A stretch of DNA of 64,000 nt, taken from positions 558,134-622,133 of the forward strand of contig RDEW01000016.1 of assembly GCA_011109175.1 (NCBI GenBank), given 5' to 3'. A program made the position numbers and the translations under genes. Source of the DNA: Dicyema japonicum (lineage: Eukaryota; Animalia; Dicyemida). Below, in pieces: positions 11,990 to 24,399 of the stretch; within the stretch, counting starts at the first letter, position 1; each line of letters starts with the position of its first letter. The notes below the pieces were generated by a model, which saw only the letters and a program-made list of their open reading frames with translations, searched no databases and was not told the origin of the DNA.

Positions 11990-12640
11990 AGATGTTGACC
12001 AGATTGAGCATTGGTGCAACTTTATACGGCTAAAGCTCTCTGCTAAAAAATCTTGCGCACTCCGAATAAGCAATGTGAAAAAGCACCTGAAACAAGAATA
12101 CACATTGGGAGTAAACAATGCACACAGTCTGTGCTACCTGGGGTCGACTATGGACACGCAAGAGATTACATGTACGAAATAAAGGGGAGAAAAAAGAGAA
12201 CTTTTCAGTTGCTCCTATGTACACGAAAGTTACACGTTAGCCGCGACACCTACCTGTTCATCTTCAAGGGAGTTATTTTTCCTAGTCTACTTTATGGGTG
12301 CGTGGGGTGGTTCTTCTCTCCGAAGAGGGAAAAGATCTCATCCCTCCTAGAGAAGACTAGGAGAGCTGCAATTAAACTCTCCTCAAACAAGAAACAGAAA
12401 AACTGTCTCAGCGAGGACGAAAACAAGCTCTTAGAACCGATTAGCAGGATTGTGGTTTCAGGAGGAGGTCAAAGATCCAAAACACGTATATAAAGCTGGG
12501 AGAAACGTCCTAAAAAATATTAATAAAAAAAGGAGGAATAGTCCAGGTGTGGAGTCCAAGCCTTATGGTAGACTCAGATGTAATACCCTCCAGAAAACTC
12601 CTTAACTCTTTTGTTAATAAATCGTTGTTATTGTTATAAC
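11990..12640 (+). mobile_element. CR1/L2-like LINE 3' fragment with 3' UTR
   Basis: HWC..IRLKLSAKKS...CYLG and PSLLYGC..W motifs; about 560 bp recur in reverse orientation at 50985-51537. Confidence 0.7.
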
Positions 12641-14874
12641 TAATTACAGTTTTGCGAGTTGGAAAGGATTCAAGGATTACGTCGATAATTGCATTGGACT
12701 ACTAAATTTCCCCACTCTTCCCTCCGTCGAACAATTAGTGAAATGGTTCAACTCCACCATAAACGCTGCGAAAAGGAAGTACATTCCTATTGGGAGGCAA
12801 CCTACGTCATCAAAACATTTCAACACAACGACGAAACATCTAATCAGAGAACGAAATAATCTAAAGATGGTAAAATCGCCAACAGAAGAGAACAGAAAAA
12901 TACGAGAATTGAACAGAGAGATTGACAAGAACATAAAGGCAGAAAATGAAATAGATGGACTCTGCAAGAACCCTCCAGTGCGAAGAGTCTGGAAGTGGAT
13001 CAAGGACATCAAAAGATCCTCCCCAGAGAAAAGTCGAAGTCTACATAAAACCAGACACTCTGATAAAATATTATACGTCTATCTCCTACAAGAAGTTTTC
13101 AAAAGAACACCAAGTATTCCTAAAAAAGATTTAACCGAAACGCTCCGATGACTGGATCCTATTTATTAGCCAGGATGTTGCAGAGCCATATCCAAAGCTA
13201 ACTACTCAGAGGCCAGAGGACCAGACAACATAACCACAAGTGAACTGAAGCACCTAGGCCATCGAGCCCTGGAACTATTAGCCTATATATTCAACCTATC
13301 CATTAACACGAATGCAATCCCTAAAATATGGAAGAAGTCTCTAATTAAGCCTATTCGAAAACCCAACAAACCAATGAATAAACCATCTTCCTACCGCCCA
13401 ATTTCTACTCTGAGTCCGGTCTCAAGGATCCTTGAAAGGCTTGTTCTGAAAAAAGTACAAGACTCAATCTCAATACTTTCAACCCAGCACGGATTCCGGG
13501 GTAACCATTCGACCACAACGCACCTCACAACCCTCACATAATTCATTGCGGAAAAATTTAACTCTCCTAAACCCCATTAGAGGACAGTACTTATATCCGT
13601 GGACATCACAAAAGCGTTCGACTCAGTCCCTAGGAAACTCTTTACAAAGAAAATATTTGAAACCAACATCCATCCGAACTTGAAACTTTGGCTTGGAAAC
13701 TTCTTAAATAGACGACGAGCACAATTACTCTGCAACATCATCAAATCTAGATCTCGCTACTTCCCAAATGGAGTCCCTCAAGGCTCTCCACTTGCACCCC
13801 AATTCTTCAATCTCTACATAAACGACATGCCACAAACCTGTAATGAAAACTGCCTAATCCTCTCCTATGCCGACGATATCATTCTTGCCTTCAAGGACAG
13901 AAGCATTCAATCAGCGACTCAATCCGCTCAACAAATGCTTGACAAACTGAAACTATGGCTCTCGAAGCGGAGACTCAACACATCAGCAACAAAGTCCTCT
14001 GTCACGCTGTTTACTACTTACAAAGACAGCTCTGTAGAAATCTTAATGAAGAACGAGGCTATTCCTATTAACAAAACACCGAAGATTCTGGGAGTCACCA
14101 TTGATCAGGGACTCACTTTTATCCGAACAAATTAACTTCTGCTTTGAAGAAAATGAGAATTTTAAAAGTGCTCTCAAAAACACTTAGAGACCAAACTGGT
14201 GGCCTTGCTACGATTTATGAATAATTTATCCGACCAACGATGACGTATGCAAGTCTTTCATGGGCAATGCAGATTTCACGATCCTCCTCATTGAAACTAT
14301 CCGCAATCGAGGAGACTGCAATAAGGTTAATTAAAAAAAATTTTTATTAATAATTCTTACCTATGTTTATTTAATTTAATTTTAGTAAAAATTTCTTATA
14401 AGTAATGTGAAATTATATTATAATTATAAGCGCTCATCGTGCACATGTAGCCATTCTTACGATAGCGTTTACAATAGCGTGGGAGTAATATCTTGTTAAA
14501 ATCTTCAGCGTGTAAAATGTGAGAAATATTTTTTAAATAAATTTGGCTAATACTCCATGAAAAGGTCAAAATTGATCAATTGTATTCGTAGATCTATGCT
14601 TGATGTTCTAATTTTAGTGAGAGTAATGTTCAAAACATGACTCCACATTAGAATGTTCAAAAAAGGTAGAAATATATAGAGATGATGAGCGGCAAAACTC
14701 CCACAGTTGCAAGATAAAGAAACAACTTTGATAGAAATTGTTTTAATTACCCATCACCAAAAATTGCACATTCATTGTTTCTCAACCTAGGCGTTTTATA
14801 TTTTTGGGCGATGGAATTTAGAAATTATTATTTAATTAAATAAAAATCAATTAGTAAGAGTCCTGTCGGCTTGT

Positions 14875-15727
14875 CAGAGATTGGAAGCGCGGATCTGTAA
14901 GGTACCAGGGACTTCGTCTTACGAATTCAATTACTTCACTTATAACCGGATCCTGTCTGGAGTTCTTCCCGAAGTTATCTGCTATGTCCTGTTCTCCGCC
15001 AATTTGATAGCCTTCGATAAGAAAAGCGGCGGAGTACGACCAGTTGCGGTCGGGTTTGTCTTCAGAAAACTGGCTGCTAAGATTGCCCCCAGATATTCTA
15101 TTCCACTTGTCATAAAATTCTTGAACCTACCTCAAGTAGGCGTCGGTATTTTCTTGGGATGCGAGGCCGCTGTCCATTCAGTGAGGACATTCATAAACCG
15201 CAGTATAGAAGATGGTTAAACTGGACACCAAGAACGCCTTCAATAGTCTAAGGAGGGACAATATCATGGAGGCTTGTGTTGAGAGTTGCCATAATATTTT
15301 CGAATTTGTGAGTCAGTCATACAGCCTACTTTCATTTTTACTTTTCGGGCATTACTCAATCCATTCGTATTCTGGAGTGCAACATGGAGATCCCCTATTG
15401 TTTTGTCCTGCAATAGAGAAAATCACCAAACTTTTGCGCACGCCCCTCAACCTATAGTATCTGGATGATGCGGTTTTAGGAGGACCCCCGGATACTGTTT
15501 TACGGGAATTGGAAGTTATAAGTCCAGCACTGTTGGAAGCTGGACTGGAAGTAAATTGCATTAAATGCGAAATCTACAATTGCAGACTATCAGAAAAGAA
15601 GTATTCAAAAGCTTTGTCATTTTTTGGAAATTTACTGCCTGGAAGTATTTCCACACCCGATGAAGAACTTATATTCCTCGGATCCCCAATCACCATAAAT
15701 GCAATAAGAAGAGCTATGCGTGAAAAA
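14875..15727 (+). mobile_element. CRE-clade reverse transcriptase region
   Basis: KKSGGVRPVAVG, QVGVG..GCEAAVH, KLDTKNAFNSL, GVQHGDPL, YLDD, LGSPI motifs; runs into the gap. Confidence 0.88.
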
Positions 15728-16640
15728 NNNNNNNNNNNNNNNNNNNNNNNNNNNNNNNNNNNNNNNNNNNNNNNNNNNNNNNNNNNNNNNNNNNNNNNNN
15801 NNNNNNNNNNNNNNNNNNNNNNNNNNNNNNNNNNNNNNNNNNNNNNNNNNNNNNNNNNNNNNNNNNNNNNNNNNNNNNNNNNNNNNNNNNNNNNNNNNNN
15901 NNNNNNNNNNNNNNNNNNNNNNNNNNNNNNNNNNNNNNNNNNNNNNNNNNNNNNNNNNNNNNNNNNNNNNNNNNNNNNNNNNNNNNNNNNNNNNNNNNNN
16001 NNNNNNNNNNNNNNNNNNNNNNNNNNNNNNNNNNNNNNNNNNNNNNNNNNNNNNNNNNNNNNNNNNNNNNNNNNNNNNNNNNNNNNNNNNNNNNNNNNNN
16101 NNNNNNNNNNNNNNNNNNNNNNNNNNNNNNNNNNNNNNNNNNNNNNNNNNNNNNNNNNNNNNNNNNNNNNNNNNNNNNNNNNNNNNNNNNNNNNNNNNNN
16201 NNNNNNNNNNNNNNNNNNNNNNNNNNNNNNNNNNNNNNNNNNNNNNNNNNNNNNNNNNNNNNNNNNNNNNNNNNNNNNNNNNNNNNNNNNNNNNNNNNNN
16301 NNNNNNNNNNNNNNNNNNNNNNNNNNNNNNNNNNNNNNNNNNNNNNNNNNNNNNNNNNNNNNNNNNNNNNNNNNNNNNNNNNNNNNNNNNNNNNNNNNNN
16401 NNNNNNNNNNNNNNNNNNNNNNNNNNNNNNNNNNNNNNNNNNNNNNNNNNNNNNNNNNNNNNNNNNNNNNNNNNNNNNNNNNNNNNNNNNNNNNNNNNNN
16501 NNNNNNNNNNNNNNNNNNNNNNNNNNNNNNNNNNNNNNNNNNNNNNNNNNNNNNNNNNNNNNNNNNNNNNNNNNNNNNNNNNNNNNNNNNNNNNNNNNNN
16601 NNNNNNNNNNNNNNNNNNNNNNNNNNNNNNNNNNNNNNNN
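15728..16640. other. assembly gap (913 N)
   Basis: Run of N. Confidence 1.
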
Positions 16641-16999
16641 CAATCGAGGAGACTGCAATAAAGTTAATTGGACCAGATCACAATATCCAACCCATTGAAA
16701 ACTTTTTAATTGAACTACAACGGAAACTATTAAAGGAGGCTATTCTACCGAGCTGCCCTCTATTCCAAATACTATCGAATTATCTACAATCATACAGAAA
16801 TTTTGAGCCGATGCCATGTCCAATGAGAAGAGCTGTTCAGGATTCTCGACCCCGCCGGACTCGTCCTCACCTTTGTCGGTCTGGGATCACTTAGTTAGAT
16901 GAGAACTTTTATTTCTTTCTCTTTGACCCAGTGATCCTGGGGGTAATAATAATAATTTTTACTAACCGATCACCTTAGTGTTGTGCTATGATTTTTTGT

Positions 17000-17750
17000 T
17001 TGTTTCTTCTGTTCCCTTTCTTCTCTTTTAACAGAGTGGCGCCATCTGATCCACCAGTCTCATGTAGCACCTAGTGTCAGGATGGCACGAAAAGTGATCA
17101 TTTATGCCCCACTCAACTGGAGGGGTTCCCACAACTTTAAGGAATGGTCGTTTTCAACTTTTCTCAACTGGGATTCCACCATTCTCCCAGTGAATTATCT
17201 TGGAATGAAGAACTTACAATTCTCAAACAAAATCTTTCCTTCCCGCTTCTTGACTCACACGAAGAACATCAGAAATATAATTCCCACCATAAAAACCTGT
17301 TCGTGAACTGGTACAAATCTCTCAGTCACCTACTGATAAAACTAAGTCAAAGACAATACATGAAATCATCTCTACCAAGGCCATCCGAAGACTGGTCCGG
17401 AACGATCTGTTGGATGGTCATGATGACTCAGTGATTACCACCGACAGTGAAACAAGGAGGACCCTAGCACAACTACGTTCTGGCACTTCTTCCTTAGAGA
17501 CAATTCGGGCTCGGCTTCTATCACCGGACCAACTATCAATGATACTAAGAACAGCTTTCTTCTGTCCGAGACCTCCAGTGAAGATCGAAAACCGACCGGC
17601 CTTCTAAAAGGTAATGGATTACTTAACAAATCCTGTGCATCCTTGTAATGAGTAACCGAAACGAGAAATCGCATTGACACCAAACATGATATTATTATAG
17701 GCACGTACGCGATCATGACAAAGCATGTGCAACACGAAAAGTTAACAATC
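17000..17750 (+). mobile_element. Ingi-like element with conserved 5' head joined to the C-terminal region
   Basis: Head tgatccacc...ggcacgaaaagtgatca...ctggaggggttcccacaact shared with 60405-60720; LAQLRSG motif downstream. Confidence 0.65.
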
Positions 17751-19900
17751 CAATTAACGTCCCCCATCTTTTTCGACCCGTTGCCATGCTCCGTAGCATA
17801 TCTAGATCGTCCCCATCTTTAAGGAACTTTCCAATCCTCTTGAGATCTTCATCTAGAATAATCGGCAGTGTTGTCCTCGGCCGGCCGCGGAAACGAGAAG
17901 CTTCTAAGACAAAATACTCCTCCATTGCTATGTTGGCAGGGGTCCCCATATCGTGGTGGAGTATGTGTCCAAAGAGCCTCCATCTTAAATCAGTAATGTC
18001 ACATGATATTGGCTTAGTTCCTGTTCTCTTGTATAAGATTTCGGACGGCATTTTAAAAAGCTTCGGGAAGAAAGGAGTGCTCGGAGATGATTTCTGTGAA
18101 AAGAATTCAACTTTTTGAGTTCCTGCCCAGTACATGCCCATGTACCGGCATTATATAATAGGATTGGTCTCACTAGGGCATTGTATAGTCTCATTTCGAG
18201 TTTTAAGGTCAATACGTCAGCAAAACAGAAATAGAGCACTGGACCAGATTAAGAAGATAGAACTCTTAAGGACAACGATAAATTCTACAAAGCTGTTAAA
18301 CAGATAAAAGGAAAAAGACTCCGTCAACCGATAACGATAAGAGATGAAAAGGAACGCAGATTGTGGACCAAAGTGGCGGAAATTATCGCCGCCCACTTTG
18401 GAAAACTTTTCAATCTAAGGAACGACACTATCATCCTAGAACGAGGAAAATTGGACGAAGAAATATATGAAGTTGAGCTTGCGAGTTCCAAGTTGAAAAA
18501 CAACAGGATTCCTGGCCCCGACAGACTTGATTAATTCTTAAAGTATGTAACCCAAAAGCTGTATGAATGCATCGCTAGGATCCTGAATGAAATGTACTAT
18601 TATGGTCACACGCTGACCCTGGAAGAGGGTATCTTGATACCTGTACAGAAGGCGAATAAACCAAGCTAAGGTGGAGAACCTCCATCCAGTCATATTAATG
18701 AATTCACTTAGGAAAATTCTGGCGAACATAACATTACAAAGGATGGAAGGACGCCTAGATACTTTTCTGTCGCTATACCACAGCGGATTCCGAAAAGGAA
18801 GATCTACTTCCGATGTTTTGTGGTCCCACAAGTGGAGATCTGCGGCCGTTAAAATTGTCTACAACATCATCTGAATCGACATTTCGAGGGCCTTCGACTC
18901 TGTCGATAGACGGAGGCTAATACTGGTTCTGGAGTTTCCTAGACGCTTCCACTGTCAGAATGGCCACCACCCTCCTAGCTGGTATTTGGCTCACTGTAAG
19001 AGTCGGGAAAGTCTTTTCTCGCCGATTTGGCACTCCACAGAGAGACCCATTATCACCTATTCTTTTTGTCATATGCCTTGAAGCTGCTCTACAAGAGAAT
19101 CAAAACCGATACTGGGTGAAAAGACAAGCATAGTTGCATATACTGACGACGTAGACTTTATTTCAAATGACAAAGATCGTTTACCCGCTTGTTGGAAAAA
19201 GTGCCTGGAAGACTAGCTGAATGGTTCCTAACAGTAAATCCGGACAAGACTGAGTAACTAAACTCAAGAGAAAAGAAACAAGGACGGAGGAGCACTGGCG
19301 CAAAGTGCAAAAAGCTTGGCTCCCTCCTTGGAGACCATGAAGACAATTAGCAAACTGCCCTTCTCTAGACTGAAGAACACCTGGCTCCAAAAAAGGGCCT
19401 TGAGATTATAACAAAAACTCGATTATACAACTCGCTAGTGAAACTCATACTACTGTATAACGCTGCTACCTGGGCCTGCTCAAGAAACGAACTGAAGAGG
19501 CTTAATGCGTTCCATAGAGACCAACTACGGCATATGATGTTCGAAAAAAGTGATACGAAAATGTCATCTAATCTTATCTATAAAAGGACCTCTGAAATTT
19601 TAATGAATTCTGGATACACGATGGAGGCTTTTCGACCATATTCTGCGACTGGACCTAGATGCCCCCGCGAACGTAGCCATAGAAAATTACTTCTTGCTTG
19701 GAAGCCCCCGTTTCCGTGGTCGCCCAATTACGACACTGCAGTCGTTCTCGACGATGACCTCAAATAAATGGGACGGCATCTTGGAAGTGGAGAGGATCTT
19801 GACTGGTTGCGCACTGCGGCTTTGAATATGAGAATGTGGATGAAATTAAATAGTGATTTGTTAACTCGTGTTGCACATGCTTTGTCCTATGACATAAATG
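17750..19900. mobile_element. two RTE copies head-to-head (17750-18240 minus; 18240-19900 plus), decayed
   Basis: Both end in RVAHALS; WRLFGHIL, FRGRPRTTLP, GFRKGRSTSDV motifs. Confidence 0.85.
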
Positions 19901-19929
19901 CAAATAATCATAATAGCCAAATAAGATTA

Positions 19930-20350
19930 TTATTCTTTTGGAAGAAATAACCCCCCCTTGGATCGTCTCCTTCTCAACGCATGAAGATGTCTTGACTCGT
20001 ACAAATACTACTTAAAGCAACCAATTACTTTTTGTTGAGTGCGAGGCTGCTTTCCCTCCTTTATTAATCGATTTCTCTCTGCTCTCCGTATAAGAATCCT
20101 CCTGTATTGGAGGGGATTTACATACTCTACTGAGTCATCAGCTTCTGGGTTTATTTTCGGCAGTCTAATTCCAAATTTCTAGGAAATAATGAAAATTCAA
20201 CATTAATATTCATGTCAAGGTTTAAGTTACCATTATTTTTTAATTCCTCCAATTGTTGCCCATCAATGATTACATGAGCATCTTTGGGTCAATAATAAGG
20301 TAACCTCTTACAGATGTCTTGTGATTAACAACGTCACCACCTGACTCCAT
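19930..20350 (-). CDS. NFYA: nuclear transcription factor Y subunit alpha (minimal, about 117 aa; 3 introns of 23, 23 and 21 nt)
   Basis: Spliced product contains YVNPLQYRRILIRRAERNRLIKEGKQPRTQQKYLYESRHLHALRRRRSKGGLF, the CBF-B/NF-YA core; spliced length is a multiple of 3. Confidence 0.88.
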
Positions 20351-21851
20351 AAACAGAAATAAAGAGAAATAACAATATTATTAATTTTAAATTAAATTAA
20401 TTTTTAAATAGAAATTTCGAAAATGCAGACTTCAAAAAACTACTTCGAATTCTCCCTGGCCAACTTCACTGAAGATTATAATTTAGTTAATAAATAATTA
20501 CCATAATGAAAGACTCATGATGCCCGTGACGGTAGGACGTTTTTGAAAATGAATGAGGGAGAACCTATTTCTCCACATCTCGTCTGAACGGAAGTCTGAA
20601 ATAAACTATTGGAAGTTGGAATTAGTAGGCAAAGTAGATTTTTTCCTTGGGTTCCTTCCTTGGATTAATTAGTTATGAATTTTTGTGCTGGCATACCAAA
20701 GATTGTAAGCCTGGGGTTAATAAACAAATGTGGGACTCATATTTCTTTCTATTAGATACCCACGTCGTTGTTTGTTACACTCACACCCTTCTAGCTTCTG
20801 TAGAAGTCCTCATTCACTACTAATTTATCCATTATCAGTTTGTTAATAGAAATTAGGGATTAAGTCATCCCTCTGTCTCAGCCAATTGGATTTAATTGTG
20901 ATCTACAATTTTGTGACAGTAAATTTTAACTCAATCCTAAAAGTCAGTAAAAGGGTTAACATTAAAACGTGAGAAACAGAATGCACTATAACCACATGAT
21001 TGGAATCTTGGATTGTTTCGATTCATATAGAGGAATCCTGTTTTTATATTCAAATTGTCAGTTTTACCTCTTTTGCTGATTTCGAATTTTCGACTTGAAA
21101 TTTGGAATTAAAATATTTTCTTAAGGAAAAAGTTTCTTTTTAGGCAACTATGTGATTCTACCGTTTCATCATCGTAACTCTCTCCTTGTATCAACCTTCA
21201 AACAGTCCAATAGTCCTCTTGTGTTACCTTCATAGACATCTTCACTATCCAACCGATAGTAAATCTTGATCACCTTCATAAACTATATCTCATCATCATA
21301 TTTGAAAAAATCAAACTATTCTCGATTAGCATGATTAAAAATATGTTCGGTGATGAATTTCATATACCTCGTAGATAATTCATTTCCATTAATTGATAAA
21401 AGTAATATGAGTGTGTCAAAGACATCCAAAACTTATTAATTTGATTGTACACTAATATTTTTAAGTTTTATATATAAAGTTAGTTATTAACCCAGACCTC
21501 GATACCTTGTAGAAGGCCGGACGTCCTCATTAGTTCTGGATGCTTCAACAGGTCTCTGACCAGAGGTCCCGGGCAAAATACATTATGAAACTAAAAAGTA
21601 GGTTAGTGAAGCATATTTTTATGTATTCGCATAAAATTAAAAACATTTAGATCATCTTAACCTACTATGGCTGAGACTTAGTGCCGTAATTTACAAAAAT
21701 AGTTAGCGTGGAACTCATAATCTGTGTAGAAGAAAAGATCAGTATCTCTTTGGTCATTCTGAACCACCAGGACTAGGTCTTCTGAGGTATGTTACTTAGA
21801 GTTAATAAAATCCCCTAAAAAGATTAAGTATCGAAATAAAGTAGTTAATGG

Positions 21852-22591
21852 TCACAAATTAATGTTAGTTGACCCTAATAGGGGAAGAACAGATTGAGGA
21901 CTTGCAGTCGTAAACATAAAGCCAGTAAAGACATTTGATCCCCAAACAGGATGAGAAGAATATTTACAACATCCAAAATATTCAATTTTTAGTTCGGCCA
22001 GGAAAACAAAATCATCGTCAGATTCCATAACAATTTCATCCCCAACAGACCCAATCCCCTTAGTTATATTAAAGATGGCAATACAGCGAGTCCATTACTG
22101 GGATCTATGTAATCAAACCAAACACAGTCGTCAGTATTTAAGAGACTATGGACCTCATTTGCCAACTGAACAAACTAACAATCCATAAAGTCACTTACGT
22201 TTTTGGAAAGATCTTGGCGTTCTTTGGCAACATCGATTGAATAGTATATCATGCTGTTAGTTGTATGGTAATTCACGGATATTACGGACACGTTCTCATG
22301 CTTCAAGTCAGGAAATATTTTATGCAGTTCTATTTTACAAAAAATGGTACTTTGCGATAAAGGACATGATTTTGCAGATATTTCTTTTTGATATGTGAAC
22401 TGTACTTGGGGTTCATGTTCAGGGATTGAAGTGCTTCCATGAAATTCTTTTAAATCTGTGCAGTTTGTAAAGCGTTGACCGGAATCTAACTGAGGTAAAA
22501 CCAACGAGCCAATATATAAAGAAGCATATTGAGTAGAAAAAACGCGTGTATTAAGTCGACTTATTCGTCTGCAAACACGTAGGCGATTCAT
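21852..22591 (-). CDS. MMADHC: cobalamin trafficking protein CblD (2 introns, 24 and 26 nt)
   Basis: SCPLSQ...KIFPDL..SVISVNYHTTNSM...ERQDL, then spliced WFDYIDPSNGL...ESDDDF...FGCCK..HPVWGSNVFTGFMFT. Confidence 0.88.
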
Positions 22592-22749
22592 AACTTGAGT
22601 AATTTAAATATTATAAACAATTTATTTATTGATTTTTTTTAGAATTTAACTAATTGATTAAAATAATTATTAAATTAGTTTTTTAATGATTTAGTTTGTT
22701 GGTTGAATAGTTATTTGGATGTTAAATAAATAAAAATAAAAAATAAAAA

Positions 22750-23085
22750 AATGACGTATGCGGGTCCTTCGTGGGCAATGGAGATTTCACACTCTTCGTC
22801 CTTGAAACTATTTGCAATCCAGCTGCAATTAATTGGACCATAACACAAAATCGAAAATTTCTTAATCGAATTACAACATAAAGTTCAAAGTCAGTTAGTC
22901 AACTGAGATGCAACATATCCACAATCATACAGAAAGTTTAAATCAATGCCACTCCCAATAAGAAGAGCTAGGATTCTCGAGCCAGCCGGGCTCGTCCTTT
23001 CCCTTGTCTGTTTAGGATAACTTAGTTGATCACTTTTATTTCTTTATCTTTGACCCAGTGATCCTGGGGTAATAATAAGTAATTT
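22750..23085 (+). mobile_element. Ingi-like LINE 3' fragment
   Basis: Homologous to 14230-14330 plus 16641-16960; ends cagtgatcctggggtaataataa. Confidence 0.8.
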
Positions 23086-23099
23086 ATGTGCAGAAATAA

Positions 23100-23560
23100 T
23101 TAATTTCCATATGGTTCATCGTTTCTGCTGGGGTCAACTGTGATCTTAATTTCACAGGAAAAAAGGACTTCTTTCAAATACCAATCAGAGAAGTCTTCTC
23201 CTTTCGGACGGCTCTCTTTTTGGCCCCTCTTGCCCTGCTTGATGGAAATTCTCCTAATGATTTCCTGGGATATTAATCCCAGCCCGGTCTTCCAAAAGCA
23301 CTATCGATATTTCAACTGAACATCAACGGTGTGAAGGGGAAGGTGTTGGAACTCTAAAATCGGAGACCTCTGCATCGTATAATAAACCAAAATCTCTTTT
23401 TCTTACCCGCCTTTATCTATCCGGGATACAAAGTAATCCTATGAGACCGACCAACGTGCCGTGGATGGGGTGTCGTCACTCTTATCAAGAGAAGTATAGC
23501 ATACTTCCAAAACCCAAAATTCTGCAACCTCCCATCAATTGCCAATATTAAATATCTAAA
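23100..23560 (+). mobile_element. Ingi-like LINE 5'/endonuclease fragment
   Basis: LSIFQLNINGVKGKVLEL preceded by a degenerate 2A-like LLMISWDINPSP. Confidence 0.65.
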
Positions 23561-23818
23561 AACTGAACTATCAATCTGAATATTTTATGCAAGTTCTTCC
23601 ACAGTTTTCTTTCTTGAGTCGCCAATTGGATATTTTTGCAAAATTCGCATGCTTTGTTTTAAAATCTCTGAATTTGATTTTTTATTTTGGTTAAGAGTTT
23701 CTGACAAATGAGGCATTTTGGTAGTTGCTTTGAGTTAAAAGTGAATGCGAAAGATTCAGTCTATTCAGATTGAAAATGTCGTTTATTATTATTTTTTTTT
23801 ATTGTTGAGCATATATCA

Positions 23819-23990
23819 GCCGGGTGGCATAGTGGTTAGGTGTAGGGCAAAGTGGCTTAGGTTACGGGTTCGATTAAAAGGGCTTGACGAGTGACGTCGT
23901 CGTCAGTGGACTTGACTGCGGAACTGGATAGTCTAAAAAGGATCCACACACAAGAAAAAGAAAAAAAGAAGTGAAGATCATTCCTTGGTT
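23819..23990 (+). mobile_element. tRNA-derived SINE
   Basis: A box tggcatagtgg (23825-23835), B box ggttcgatt (23867-23875), core shared with 43184-43420, A-rich tail. Confidence 0.8.
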
Positions 23991-24399
23991 CTACGATTAG
24001 TTAAAATTAACTGTTCTTTACTTAAATAAAGTGTGTGTCCTGCCTATGCGGAGCTATAAATATTATGGCTCTCGTGAAAAGGCTGTTACATCAATTTCCA
24101 ACCAAAAATTTTTATCAAAGTTTATTTAACTATACTACAGCTTTGCGCAGTTTTGAGTGAGCTATTGAAACTCTCAAAAAAAATTTCGAAATTGAGTTGC
24201 CATTTTAGAACTTTTAGTTGCCATAAAAATTGCCCTAGTTATAATGTATAAGCCAGAGATTGTCAAATGGTGTACCAAGAAAATTTCTAGTGTGCCGCCA
24301 GCCTAATACAAATTTTAATATTTTCTACGAAACTAAATAGACATTTTACATCCAAGGAACAGGACTATTTCAAAAAATCTGTGGATTATTTTATCCATT

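Larger units (their letters stand above)
11170..16960 (+). mobile_element. near full-length Ingi-like LINE (2A-like peptide, APE endonuclease, RT), decayed and interrupted by insertions and the gap
   Basis: GDVEANPEP then QLNING, IQESKL, GDFN-like (CDDFNAKH) and SDHN EN motifs (11190-11990); linker and RT (DITKAFD, GVPQGS, YADD) 12660-14330; 3' end 16641-16960. Confidence 0.85.

Noticed and set aside
15509-16894. Long 313-461 aa ORFs in the ORF track
   Set aside because: They are artefacts of translating through the 913-N gap.
20420-21800. Possible additional gene(s) between NFYA and MMADHC
   Set aside because: Several mini-intron-like GT..AG segments, but no consistent or recognisable protein.
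23819-23880. tRNA gene (also 4920-4984 and 43184-43250)
   Set aside because: A/B boxes are present but no complete cloverleaf, and they continue into shared SINE bodies.
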